64,000 bases of DNA from Paraspadella gotoi (taxonomy: Eukaryota; Animalia; Chaetognatha). The notes below the pieces were generated by a model. The model was not told the origin of the DNA. It saw only the letters and a list, made by a program, of their open reading frames with translations, and ran no database searches. Position numbers and translations under genes: made by a program. The stretch covers positions 24,997,783 through 25,061,782 of the forward strand of contig CM119267.1 in NCBI GenBank assembly GCA_051294375.1, in the 5' to 3' direction. Positions 11,470-24,840 of this stretch are shown here, piece after piece (the first letter of the stretch is position 1; the number at the start of each line of letters is the position of its first letter).

Positions 11470-11835
11470 GAGCAATCAATGTTTGATCTGCCCACGATCA
11501 TTAGCGGTAATTAATTAAAAAAATAATTAATTTGATCGGAAATGTTTGTTTTTAGGTCTTTTCATCACTATGACAAAAGCAACGACGACGATAATGGCGA
11601 CGATGACAATGCCGATAACGATTGACTTGATTGATTGAGTAATTGAATAATTAATGAATTGATAAATAAATTGATTGCTAAGGTGGTACGACGGGCGGAC
11701 ATTTTTTTAGGATAATTTATCAAAATTCGATGTTCTGACATAAGTGAATGCCTGACAAGATTGAGGGGACGGACCGACGGACCGACGAAGTGAATTATAG
11801 AGTCGGGATCTGCTGATGAGCAGATCCGTCTAAAA
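11470..11835 (-). mobile_element. DINE-1/HINE-like repeat, internally deleted
   Basis: Reverse complement of the family's 5' subTIR/IR (GTCGGGATCTGC...GCAGATCCGTC) and 3' end. Confidence 0.65.
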
Positions 11836-12613
11836 ATAAAATTTGTTTTAAAAGGAATCAAATTGAATAAATTTTATTACAATCGGTCAAGTGGTTTAGG
11901 AGATATGATTTTTTAAACTTAAGTGCTCCAAAACCAAATGGGAATAACGACTTTATCTACCCGAATTTATTTTAATTAGAAAAACTATAAAATGGAAAAT
12001 GCTCTCATTATGGTTGTGAAAAAGCTTTTGATATTCAGATTGCTTAGACACATACTCCAATGTCTATATTTGTAAGATGAACTAAAATTTTAAAACGTTT
12101 CATTTTTTTTCATAAAATAATTTTTATAACAGGAAGGTCCTATTCAAATATAAAAAAATTGCTTTTTTGAATTTCGATCATGCCATTGATGAGCACATAA
12201 CTAAGAAAGTAAACAACCTGGATTACTGAGAGTTGAAAAATATAAAATATCAGCGATTTTTTTACGAGGGTGCAAAATCTGAAGTCGTTTTTTCAGATAA
12301 TTTAGCCACAGTATTTAATCATTTCATTTAACTCAGATTTGAAATCCGTGTACCATTTAGGAAAAAAATATATAACATTTTTAATAAAGGATATCTATTA
12401 AAAACTTGTTTGATTTCAAAAAAATCAGAATGTTTCCGGATCAACATTGAATTTTTTTTTAGTAGCTTCCTTCCATTTTTTATAGGTCAAATCGTTTAGA
12501 AGTTACAGGCCAAAAAATATTGTTACTTCATATGAGTTAATTATTATTATTTTTTTTTAATTTGGCAATGCTAAAGGCCATGCACTTATTTTTGGTTCAA
12601 AAAAGTACTATTA

Positions 12614-12784
12614 TATCTTTTAGAAAAGAGGGAAAGACATGCAACATCAACATCGGGTCTGAAAAGAATTGCGTTAAAGATGTGGAAAAATATTTCACTG
12701 TCATACCTCAATTTGCTGTATGAGAGCATGCCCAAACGAATGCAGGCAGTAGTCGATGCCGAGGAAAGGCATACCAAATATTGA
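12614..12784 (+). pseudogene. Tc1 transposase C-terminal remnant
   Basis: Translates to ...LKRIALKMWKNISLSYLNLLYESMPKRMQAVVDAEERHTKY*, the typical Tc1 ending (SMPxRxxAV...TKY). Confidence 0.85.
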
Positions 12785-14051
12785 GAATATTTTACCCTTG
12801 TTTTGTATACTATTTATTGAATAAATGAATTATGTTATATACATTTTTCATAGATAGTAAAAGCTTCAGAATCTTGAACCTGTCTTTAATCGTATGTTTT
12901 AATAACCTTAAAATTATTATTTAGAGATCTGAGATACGATGATAATCATTCATTAACGCAATGATAATCATTCATTGATACGATGATAATCATTTATTAA
13001 TGCGATAATAATTATTTATTAATGCGATGATAATCATTTATTGATACAATAATAATTCATTATAAATAAAAACAAATACATATATGACTGACAGAGAGAG
13101 AGAAAGAGAAAGAAAAAAATAAAAAAAAGTTGGACAGTCACTGGACAGCCGCTGCAGATCGAACTCGTTTATAAACAAATCAGAAACAGCGGCAACAAAA
13201 GAAAAAAAAAAAAGCAAGCGCGACATATAATTAAAACAAAAAAAAAAAATAGAGAGAGAAATAAAAACTGGATAGCTGCTGGATGGCCACTGCAGAGTTT
13301 AACTTATCTATATATATAAAAAATGTTTTATAAATAAAACAAATGAATATAAGAATATGAAATATATTAATTTAAAAGACCTTAATAATAAGAAGCCATA
13401 TCTAAATTTTCAGCTTCCTATGATTACACTCTCGAGCCATTTTTAATGTTAATACAGCATAATGACGACAATGATAACTACAGTTAAAAGAAATAAACGA
13501 ATTAACATCTCGCCCAAGTCGGGCATTCGCCCGTCTGGCGAGATAAAAATCATTGCTCTTAAATGGATGGCCCAATTTTAATAAAATTTAGCCAAACTTA
13601 TCATCTCAATAATATTTAAATTACTTTTAAAATTTTTTTAAAAAATTCAGGTTTATAGGGTGATTTTTAAAATCTGAAATAAAGTGACTCGGTTTTTTTG
13701 CACAGGACTGTAAATCTCGTAAGGAAGCAACTTGTCCCTTTGGTTTACCGCGACAAAGGCGCTGATAACTCGAACCAGAAGATTGAAGAAATAATCCAAA
13801 GAGTTAATTCAAAACTGTAATTAACTGTAATTAATAAACAATTACGATACCATATCAGAACAATAACAAAGGACGGACAGAAAATGAAAAAAGGGATGAT
13901 GAAACTATCAGTTTTAGCACACCTCATATTGTTCTATGTGGGTGGGACCATATATGTAGACAAAACTTAACGTCCTGCCCTGTCTGAACAATTTGAGATA
14001 CAATAATAAAATGAGTGGCAAAAGTTTTTTCTGGCTTTTTACTTTTATATA

Positions 14052-15007
14052 CATGGTAACAATTTTACAAGCGCTGGTAGAAAAACGCTGTCATTTGCAA
14101 ACCCATGAAGATTTTTTCAATGTTAAATATGAATTTAAAAGTAAAAACCTTAACTATTTATATATGCAAATTTTATCAGAATTGATTTTAAAATGCCTCA
14201 GCAATGATAGCAGGAAGATGGATTTGAAAATAGTCTCTAATTTTTAAAATCACTTTTTTTAGATTTAATTTTTTTCTCTTAGTTTAAGTAAATTTTCTGA
14301 AGAAATTTGAAATAAAATAATATTAATATTTTCTGAAAGCCCTTTCAAATCTAAAGAGAATGACGTACTTACAAATACTGTAGTATAAAATTTAACCGGC
14401 CCAGCTTTAATTTAATTAAGATACTCAAAAACGAAACATCTTTTTAAAAATCAATAGCTGGAGAATAAATTTATGATTTTTATCAAATTGTGATTGGCTA
14501 TCTTAAATCCTTTTTTCTCAAGCTCTTTCATGATACTTATATAAATAATAATATTTATGTTATAATAATTTAAACAGGTCATATATTTTGAAAAAAGATT
14601 TAAAATTTTAAATAATTCACTTTTGATACTCTTAATTGAACCAAGGCTGAATAGCTTACTTTTTATGTTTGAGCTTTTGTAAGTATATCATTCTCTTCAT
14701 ATTTTTAAAGGATTTCTCAGGATATTAATATTGTTAGTATTTTAATAAATACTTTGTTTAAAAAAATGCTAAAAGTTTCAAAAAAAAAAAAAAGAATTTA
14801 AAAACAGGGAGTTGGAAAATGAAACCCGATTTGAAAAGCCAACTTTCTCCACTCATTGTCAAGGCATATCTTAACTGATCAATATAAAATTTTAACACAA
14901 ATAGTTTTAATATTTTCTATTTAACTAATTTTTTAAAATCAATAAAATAACCACTGGTTTGCAAATGACAGCGTATTTCTACCGGCGCTTGTAAAATTGT
15001 CACCATG
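14052..15007. mobile_element. ~960-bp Tc1/mariner-type MITE (further copies at 39895-40859 and 47528-48479)
   Basis: TIRs CATGGT(G/A)ACAATTTTACAAGCGC..., TA flanks. The interior is similar to the PRPF39 intronic copies. Confidence 0.85.
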
Positions 15008-16279
15008 TACAATGAAACTAAATAAATTTTTAAGCAACTACAAAGCGTCATGGATGCTTTCAAAACATTTAGTCGTTTTTATGCGCATTGTATTCTAGAC
15101 GATGAAAGCCATACTTATGCTTAAATCTTCAAATACTTAAATGTATTTATTTCCATTTTGACTTTTTTATTATGCATTCAGAAATCTTACATGATCACTC
15201 TGACAATATCATTAATAATTTTTTTGATAAAAGTAAGTTTTAATAAAAATTAAACCATAACAGCAACTTACCCAAACCTTACCTGCTTATTTCAAAAAAG
15301 TTTTTCGATCAAAATGCAATATACAGTTTGCCAGAAGCATCATCATACTACAAATAAGTATTTTTATCTGCTATATCTTAGAATGAGATTAAACTTATTC
15401 AAACATTTTTCTTACAAACCGAGCGGAAAAAACAGAGCAGTTGCTTTTGCTGCATCAAAGAAAGCATTATACAAAGAATTTTAAAACAATCAATATATCG
15501 TTTAAATATTCAGATTTTAAAAATCATTAACAGTAATGATTTTTTTAAATTTTGTCTATATATATATTAGGGACCAACTCCAGAGATAATATAAAATTTC
15601 GACTATTAGCAAAGTATTTTTAGTTGTCTTGACTAAATATTTAAGCAATCATTTTCAAAAAAAATTTACATTATACGTCTTGATTAATACATTAAATATT
15701 ACTTGTCTTTTTTTACATTATAAAAATTTTTTTTTGAAATCTTAAAATTTTTTGATGGATTCTGATAGAGCATAAAAAGTTAAACAAGAAATATAATTAC
15801 AGCTTTTAAAAATTCTTACGTTTTCTATGTGAAAATATAAAAAAACTGATAAAATTATCGAAAGATGATGATGATGATGATGATTTTTTTAAGGTTTTTC
15901 TTATTTTTGACTCACTTAACATGAAAATATTTAAAAAAGAATTATACTTTGTGTAGATTATGAGCTATCTGAATCTGGTCTTAAAATTTAAAAATTATGA
16001 AAAAAAATTTTGGCCTTTCCTATTTATAAATAAATATTAAAAAATTAATTATTTGGGTATAGAGCTACATAAGAAATGTTTTGTCCATTGAAAGTATACT
16101 TCAAAATGTATAAATTTTCGTTTGAGCATGTAATAATTCGAAATTTTTGACTCACCCCATTGAGTGGGGCTACCCCTATATATATGGTCCTACCCCTGTA
16201 TGTGCCCCGGCTGCTTCGCCAGATTTTCGAACCTTCGACTGAGATCGATATTAATAATCCCAATTTTCAAGCAAGTCTT

Positions 16280-16990
16280 CCACAAATGTCTTCGGTATTT
16301 GTTTCGCCTGCAGTAAATCCTAGAACAGATATGAGTTCAAAAGAGTCTTTAGTGGATCCGCGAAAGTTCTAAACGATTCTTCGGGAGTTTCGTTCCTACA
16401 ATTACTTTCAGAAAGGAAGTAAAATGTAAGTGCGCCTCACCATCTTTAAGGTTTTCTTTCTCCACAATTTTAACCAACGTCTTTCTTTACTTTAGCTCAA
16501 TTCTTGCGTAATTTCCGTTGCTCGAGAGTTTCCTTCGAATTAAAAATCGCATGTACTGGTGCGAAGTTGCCGCATTCATTGGCGAACGTACGTATATCGA
16601 TCTTCCGCCGTCGACATTCGGTTCTCCCGAGCGCATCCCTGACTGACAAAGGCGGGCATGTTCGCTCGCAGTGACCCTCTCGACGAAAGCGACGAGAGAT
16701 TTCGGGAAAATATTCGAATGAGATCCAACTTTTTCAAAAAGAAATTGAGAAAGAACGACAAGTTCATTCTTTGTATCGTCTCACCATTGGAGTCACGCCC
16801 CTTTCCGCCGCATGACAAAGACGATAAGATTCGTCACGTGATGCTTTGGACGACCCTCGCTCAATCCATAGAATGAGGCGCCGCCCGTGGAAGCGACGCC
16901 TTTACAATGGAACCAGAACGTCTATTTTCGATCGTTCTTTGATGTCGCACGCGTCTCGTTACCTGGAAACATCACTATATAATTGCGGGG
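16280..16990 (+). pseudogene. Possible spliced pseudogene of an unidentified gene
   Basis: GC-richer island with a canonical intron (gtaagt 16426 ... tttag 16495) joining two segments in phase 0. The frame has scattered in-frame stops; no family recognised. Confidence 0.3.
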
Positions 16991-17324
16991 GGGAAGTAAA
17001 CACCGTAATGGGGAGAAAAAATCGATCTTTATGTCAACAAACGTTGGAAGGTCATAGTTCTAAGAAAGAGCAGATTTAACTTGAGAAAAAACCTTTCCCG
17101 TCGAATCCGAGGGTCAAAGGAAAAATTTAAATATATCGAAATTTAATTGAAAGAAAATACATTAGTTCCGCGAAGAAAACTGTTTGCTAGGGAATCGTCC
17201 GAGTTGGTTAAATATAAGTTAATCACGAGCGATAATTATAATCGCTAAATAAAAATAACATTAATTGTAACAACAAAGTATTACGTCTAACTACTAAGCC
17301 CCTTCCCATCGAAAACTCTGCCTC

Positions 17325-20300
17325 TCATTTTTTCTCCGTAAATTCCGCCCACAGTTTTTCCAGATGCTTTCTTCCCGTTTTCTCCACGCCTTTTTCCAAG
17401 AAGCGCGGATCGCTCAACGCCCACTGACCCAACATAACGGCGCGAATGCAAAGATGGCGCCTGACGACGCCGAGCAGCGGAAGGTCCCACGGAACGACGC
17501 TGCCGCGGGGACAGTATTCGCCGTCCGTCATCCGGTGACAGACGGAGACCAGATTGCTGCGCAACGACATCTTGTGTTGTTTATGCATGTGAGTTCCGAT
17601 GTAAGAACACATGGTGAGGAAATCGGGAATTTCCATCAGAGGCGCCAGAGTGTGAATGTCCGTCTCTTTGGAAAGGATCACCTATGCAATTTTAAAAAAA
17701 AATTAATTAGTTTTTTAAACCTGCTTAAAATTTTACTAAAATAAAACGCCATACTGCGCAAACACTATAGAAATAGGCTAAATTAAAACTGAACTACTAA
17801 GTTTAAATATACGGCCTTATAGCTCATTAAATATTAATGAGTCAAAATAATAGCAATACGAAATTAAAACCTTTACACATCCGACGAAATCAAAACGTCA
17901 GAACCTTACCAATATGTCGACTCACCTTCTTCTCAGAAGAAGCAGAGTTAAGGAGCGGCAATAGCCTGACGGCAACACGTTCTTGAGTTCGAAAGCTGTT
18001 GATACATGATTGATAGACGATGCATACACGTTTTTCCATGATGGCCAAGACGAGCCCCTTCTCGCTATTGCCTAAAGGCCAGTCCATCCTCTGTTTGGCC
18101 CAGACGACGATCGTCTTGGCATGCATGAGCGAGTCTTCCGCCGTGAGGCATTCGTCAAAACTGCGAATCTCGAGGACCTTGAAGTCGCTTCCGATTTCAT
18201 GAAAGATGTCGTTCACGACGCACTCCTTTTCGACGAAAGGGTCCATCGTGGGATCGTCGAGAGGTCTCTCCAGATTAGAGAGAAGCTTGTTCAGTTGAGA
18301 CGAGCCCCACTCGGCGTTGAGCACGGCGCCGGCGTTGGGGAGATGCTCGGCCAGGGCCTCGTAGATCGGGCGACGCGATCCCGGATCATTTTTATGAAGA
18401 GACTTGAAAAGGCGCAGGACGTCCTGACGCTCGCATCCGCCGACGATGAAACTGGAGAGAATCTTGGCCATGAATCGCTTGGTCGTGCGGGAGGAAAGCT
18501 TTGGCACGTTGACGTTACAATTGAAGAGAAGATTATCCAGACGAAAGTCAATAGTTTCGTCTTTGAGAAGCTTCGTCTCCAACTTGGGTCCCTCCTCGAT
18601 GTTAACGTCGCCTTTAATTCTGGCCGACCTCTCCTCAGGCGATGACAGCGACGCAAGATCGACAAAGTACTTGGTAGCCGCGCCTACCAATTTCTTGCTT
18701 AGTTTGGCCAAATACTGGCTGCTCCAGACTTGATGTCTCGAATCGACGGAGGCAAAACCGGCGGCCAAAAGCGGCCCGACCTTTTTCGAGAGCTTAAGGT
18801 CGAGACGAAAGGCCAGTTCGGTCGGGTGAGTTTTGTCAAAGACGATACGACAAAGATTTTTGAAGAGATCCCACGAAATGTCCCCGCTCGTGGATTCAAG
18901 AAAACTGCGATACACGATCTCTCTTTCCTCATCGCTCTCCGATTCCAGAGTGATCAAAACCGTGGAGAAAAGAGTCACCTGTCGGGCAAATTGGTTTAAA
19001 CTAGGTTCTTTTAAAATTTAGAATAGAATATAAAAGGACAACCAAGAACTCAATCATAAGTTATCATTATGTCATAGTAAACACTGAACAATTCAAAATT
19101 TCAATTTGTCACTAATGTTCCACTCAGCGACTTAGAAATTATGATCGACTCTCACCTGCTCATCGAGAGGGACGGCTTCCGCCAACCGCCGTGTGGCAAC
19201 GTCGATCATCTTTCCTCCTTCTTTAGCGAGTTGCGAGAGATAAGAATGAATCAAGGAGACTTTATCCACGGAGGACCCCATCTGAGCAAAGGCCCTTGAA
19301 AATTTGTCCTCCACCTTGGGTTTGGACAAGGCCGTGGATTCCGATTTCGTGGCCGCCTGCGTCTTAGATTTCGCCGATTCTGTGTTCAGTTTCCGGACAG
19401 CGGATTTTTCGTTTTTTCCGTCGGATTTCCTATTGTGGACCTCCGTTTTTCCAGCTGCATTTTTAGATCCTGGTTCTAATTTCTCTTTCTCAACGGATTT
19501 CTTCTCTGCGTTCGCTTCCACCCTTTTCTTCTCTTTTTCCCGATCGGCTGCTTCATCCTTTCCGCTCGATTTTCTCTCCACCTTGCCCCCCGATTTCCCG
19601 TCCTCCCGACGGTCCGATCTCTCGGCTCGCTCTTTCTCAGATCGCGACGATTTTCTTTCCCTGGATCTGGATCGACTTCGATCGGTGTCCTTCCAGCGAT
19701 GACGCTCCGTCGCTCGATCCTTGGCTTTAGTAAAATCTTTGCCCGCATCCTCAGCGTACCTGGGTTGGAAGCCTCGATCGCGCGCACGATAACCCCCCCT
19801 CTGGTCGCGTTCCTTCTCTCGGTCGCGAGGACGCGTGCCGCGTTCCCTGGTGGATCGACCGCGTGAAGTTGGCGAGCGGCTTCGCTCGGTCGAGCGACTT
19901 CGCTCGCCAGATCGCCGATGAGATGACGTAACCTTCTCGCGGACTCTGACGTTTTTTCCGAAACCGATTGAGGAATCGGAAGAATCGGAGAAGACGGGCG
20001 AACGTCGCCCCGAAACGTCGGATGAATCCAAAGAGGGCGCTGGTGAGCCTTTTAACTTCGATAACCGTTTCGCGCTACCGACGAAAGGGAAGGTCAAAAA
20101 AAATTAAAATATCATTCAATAATTAATTTCATACATGTTCTATTTCATTAAACCAAATTTATGTACGTAAGGTTAAGAAATAAGAACATCCATATGTAAA
20201 TCATGTAAGTCCTAACAGCGACATCGAAATAGCGATGAGAGCGCGAGTCGCAGGGGTGATTCTAGATAGTTGGCGACAGTGCCCTGGCAATGATACGCCA

Positions 20301-23300
20301 GTGAAAAAGTAGTGAATTAGATGAAAGGCGTGAGTTGGAGAGGCTCACAACTGACATGTGGGTTATGGTTAAGGCTTGAGATTAACGAAAGGCCTGGGCC
20401 ATGGCCTTCGTGACCCTAACCCTTAACCGGGCGCTGATCCAAACCCAAACCAGTTTCCCTGGCTTGTGACATTTACAATAAGCCACTTTGCAAGCACTAA
20501 CCCAAGCTTCATGTCTCACACCGAGCCATAAACCAAACCCTTACATCTCCAGTAAGGCGTAACAGGTTACAAACTAAAAGAAGTCCGGTATAAATATTAT
20601 TATTATGTTTATTAAAGATCGTAAAAATAACAAAAAATTTAAGATTTATCTTATAGTTAAACGCATGGAAGCTATTTTATATTATCCAAATACTATATAA
20701 TGTCAAAATTTTTTTTTTAATTTAAATTTTTCTGATAGAGTTTGAAAACTTAGATTTTAATAAATTTTAATGATTTATCTATAAAAATTAACAAAAACTA
20801 TAAAATAGGCCTCCCATTCATCTCCAAGCCGTAACCCTTACCTTTACGTAAACCAAACTGTCTTTCCTCCAAATCATGTCTTCCATGTAATTTGCTATTT
20901 TTGCATCAGTGGCGAAGTCACCAGTGAGGGTACTCATCCAAAGGCCCTGGCGACATGGCCATGGCAACGTTACCAACTAACTAGAACCTTACTCTAAAAA
21001 AAATTATTGTTCTAATTTTAGAAAAAAAATCCTTTCACATAAAAGATTAAGATTAATACTTATTAATGTAATATATAATAAATCTTCGCTTAGCGAATAT
21101 TAAGATTATCTTTGTCATTGCCTCCAGACATTACAAGTATGTCAAATTGTCAATCATTGTAAATCTGTATCAAGCATTTGTTGTTTACCTGGAAATGCTG
21201 GTTGTTTCATCCATTACAGCATTTTTCACCGCTGTTTGTAAAGGTGCCGTATGAGACAGCTGAAGTTTTTCACCTTCAGGAGCAGGAACCGATGTCGCTT
21301 GATGAAATATGAAGCCAGATTGCTTCAATTGCCCAACAGGAGAAAAAGAGGATCCAGAATGGGCTGAATGTGATTGGGGTCCAGTTTGTGGCGCTTGAAG
21401 ATGTCGGGGCTCACTTTCAGTTGATCCTGTTAGGGTTTGCCCGAGTTGAAGTGTTTTAGAGATTGGAGGCCTAGATTGCACAGCTTGAGGGAAATTCATT
21501 CCAGGTGGTAAAACAGGCCTGAGTGGTTTTCCCAAAGAGGGAACAGGCCTCGGTGTTTGTCCCAAAGAGGCAACAAGCTTTGGAGGTTGTCCCAAAGAGG
21601 GAACAGGACTCGGTAGTTGTCCAAAAGAGGGAACATTCATAGGTGGTAATCCCAGAGGAGGAGGAGGAACAGGCCTTGGTGGTTGTCCCAAAGAAGGAAC
21701 ATTCACAGGTGGAAATCTCAAAGGAGGAGGAACAGGCCTCGGTGGTTGTCCCAAAGAGGGAACATTCATAGTTGGTAATCCCAAAGGAGTAACAGGCCTT
21801 GGTGGCAAACCTATAGCAGAAGAAACAAGTCTAGGTTGTAGTCCCAAAGTAGGGATGGGCATGGGTGGTGGTCCCAACGAAGCAACGGGCATGGGTGGTG
21901 GGGCCAAAGGAGGAACTGGTATGGGTGGTGGTACCATAGGGGGAATAAGCGCAGATGGCGATCCTACAGGAGGAACAGGCCTGGGTGTCAGTCCCAAATA
22001 GGGAACAGGTCGAGGTGTAGATTCCAAAGGAGGGACAGGCCTATGTGTTGGTCCCAGAGAAGGTAATGGCCCTGATATTGGTCCCAAAGGAGGGACGGGC
22101 CCAGGGGTTACAAATGGTTGGAAAGGAGGAACCTGGTTTTGATTTGGTTTCAAAGGAAGAGGCGTCAGTAATGTTTGCAAAGACTGGACATGTATCGGAG
22201 CTGACCCTGAATGAGGCTCAGATAGAATTTGAAAATCCGAGTTTATTGAGCCAGAAAAAGAACTAACTGGGGGGGCTTGTGATCTAGAAAATGAGGCGCT
22301 TATTTGCAATGGCACTGATTGTGACATGAACTGTAATGGTTCCGTGGTTTCTTCCACTGAAGCTCTCGATTTTTGTAAGTTAGTTAGGGTCACTGAATTA
22401 GATGAAATTGTTTTTATTGATTGTAAATCAAATAGTGATGTGGAAACTGAATAGCTCACTCCAGAAGGTGGTACAGCAGCTGGACTTGGAGAAAACTTAG
22501 GTATTAATTCCTTGGATGTTGAAGGTAGGGACGCAACAGAATCCGTAACCATCGGTTTAAAAGAAGCAGCTACATGCCCTCTTGACATAGAATCTAATTT
22601 TAAAGGTTTACTCTTAACAGACTGTTCGGAGGTTTTAAGTATTTTAAGCGTCGGCTTTGAAGGCAAATTAGCTTGATAATTTTTGGCATTGATCAATGAA
22701 AAACGACAAAAGTGTTGATTGTGTCCCCTTTGCTTACATACAGAACACGAGGGTAGCTGATTGTGGGAAAGTCGATGATCTTCACAGAGTAAATCATAAC
22801 GAAAAGCAGGACGACCATCATCGATCACTTCTACTTCATTTTCAAAAAGGAGTAACTTAGTAATCCGAGCATTTGAATCTATGGATAGAAAGTCAGATGA
22901 TACAACTCGCTCCAAAAAATCTTCAAATGCATCAACTTCTGCAGCTTTTGCGTCAACTCCCTCCCCTCGAGAAATTAAAATCTTAGCACAGTAGAGTAAA
23001 CATTTAATTCCAGGGTCTGCTTTGCCATGGAGAGCACCTTGCTGAAAGTCCGTTTTCCAGCTTAATTGCTCTTTAGCAAAAGCTCTTAATATGATCTCCC
23101 TGGAAGAATCTACAAACGAGTCAATCTTGATCCAAAACATGACTTCAGCAAAATGAGGCAGCAAATCGGGAGGGCGGAGGAGAGAATTTCCGCCTACTAC
23201 CGCTGGTGAACGCAATGAGCTCGATGATGAAAGTGGCGGGACTGTTAAAGTAAGAGCTTCTGCATTCTTGTCAGGTGATGACTGACTATGGCCAAATATG

Positions 23301-23467
23301 AAAGATTTTGGTTCACTTTGTCGAGAAAGATTTGGTTGAGAATTTATTGTAATAGTTCCAGATGACGATTCTATCGAGATGCCTCCAGACATTTTATTCA
23401 GTTCTGTAGCATAAACAGGTGATGGACGCCAAGATGATTCCGAAGATTGAGATCCAATAGGAAACAT
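17325..23467 (-). CDS. Paralogue 2: dsRBD-like + CCHC knuckle + Pro-rich and RS/RE-rich regions + pseudo-exonuclease (~1535 aa)
   Basis: Exons 23467-21189, 20074-19156, 18978-17926 and 17681-17325 join in frame (4608 nt). Motifs AFRYDLLC...CSVCKQRGHNQHFC, FVEKECVVNDIFH and TDGEYCPR...RRHLCIR. Confidence 0.85.
20260..20986. mobile_element. Degenerate MITE in intron 1 of paralogue 2
   Basis: ~40-bp imperfect TIRs TTCTAG(A/T)TAGTTGG(C/T)(G/A)AC; internal CCCTAA-like motifs. Confidence 0.55.
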
Positions 23468-23898
23468 TTTACTAGTTTTCTTAGGTCATCAAAGAATAAG
23501 TCTTGACAATATGAACATATGCTTTCTGTAAAAAACAATTTGGAAACACGAATCAAATGCTTAATCAGGTTTACTAACAGAACATTGGAACTGGTTAGTT
23601 GCGCCGGAGTACTCGCGGAGCAGCTCTATGAGAAACTTGGGGGTCGGTCGGTGTCTGTCGGTAGTTCGATTTCTGTCGGTCGGTCTGTCCCACTTACACT
23701 CGGTTAATATTTTATCTATTTAGTTCATATTTGATATAATAGTGAGTTACCATAAGAATTTTAATGTATCATACTTGTGACGTTAACTGAAAAAAACGAT
23801 CACATTACACAAAAATTATACAAAATTCAACGCGGTTTAAATTTGGTTGATTTTGCTGAATCTTGAATCTGAGCGACTGCTAGCGCTACCTTTTGTTT

Positions 23899-24830
23899 TT
23901 AGTCGGATCTGCTTATCAGAGGCAGATCCCGACTCTATAATTCACTTTGTCGATCCGTCGGTCCGCCCCCTTAATCTTGTTGGGCATTCACTTATATCAT
24001 GTCAGAACATCGAATTATAATAAATTATGCAAAAAAAAAAAAAAAAAACAAAAAAAAAACCATGTCCGTCCGTCCCACCTTAGCAAAAAACACCAATTAC
24101 TCGTGATTGGATTAACGGATTGGAATGAAATTTTGTGTGTGGATAGGGAAGTGTGTGATTGAGCTGGATATGAAGTTTCGATGTCATCGCGAGAATGGAA
24201 ATGAGTTTAAATGGGGAAAAAAAATATATATCAATGTTTGAACGCCAATTATTCATGAGTGGATGATGCGATTGTCTTGAAATTTTGCATGTGAGTAGGA
24301 AAGTGTAGGATTAAGCTGGAAATCAAGTTTCGATGGAACCGTTTGAGTGGAAATGAGTTTAAATGAAAAAAAACAAAAAATCTGTTTCACTAATTGATTA
24401 TGCTTCTTTTTTTATATTAAATGTAAATATAAGATGTATTAATTAATCAATTAATTAATCAGTTAATTAATTAATTGGCAATTAATCAAGCTATTAATCA
24501 AGCAATTAATCAAGCAATTAATTATTCAATCATTCAATTTATTTAGTTATCTACTAATTAATTATTCAATCAATCAATTTATTTATAAATTAATTAATTA
24601 TTTAATCAATCAAGTCAATTGTTATCGGCATTATTGTCATCGTTGCCATCATCGTCGTCGTTGCTTTTGCCATGATCAGTGATGAAAAAACTTTAAAAAA
24701 AACATTTCGGATCAAATCAATTAATTTATTAATTAAATTCTTATTTTAGTTTATATAGTTTGTAGAAATTAATTAATTAATTACCGCTAATGATTGTGGG
24801 CAGATCCGATATTGTTTGCTCAAACTTGTT
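23899..24830 (+). mobile_element. DINE-1/HINE-like repeat
   Basis: TTAGTCGGATCTGC...GCAGATCCCGAC 5' subTIR + IR, (GTCC)n, and 3' GCAGATCCGAT...TTTGCTCAAACTTGTT. Confidence 0.75.
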
Positions 24831-24840
24831 AAATAAATAG

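Larger units (their letters stand above)
6708..13710. mobile_element. Degenerate Tc1-like element (outer layer of a nested transposon pile)
   Basis: TIRs CAGTCCTGTGCAAAAAAA (6708) and TTTTTTTGCACAGGACTG (ends 13710, then TA). Encloses a Tc1 transposase remnant. Confidence 0.65.

Noticed and set aside
11808-11832. CTGATGAG hammerhead-like core
   Set aside because: It is the loop of the HINE subTIR hairpin; there is no GAAA or cleavage triplet.
20041-20049. TGGTGAGCC matching the TRIM primer-binding site
   Set aside because: It lies antisense within a coding exon with no adjacent LTR; a chance 9-mer.
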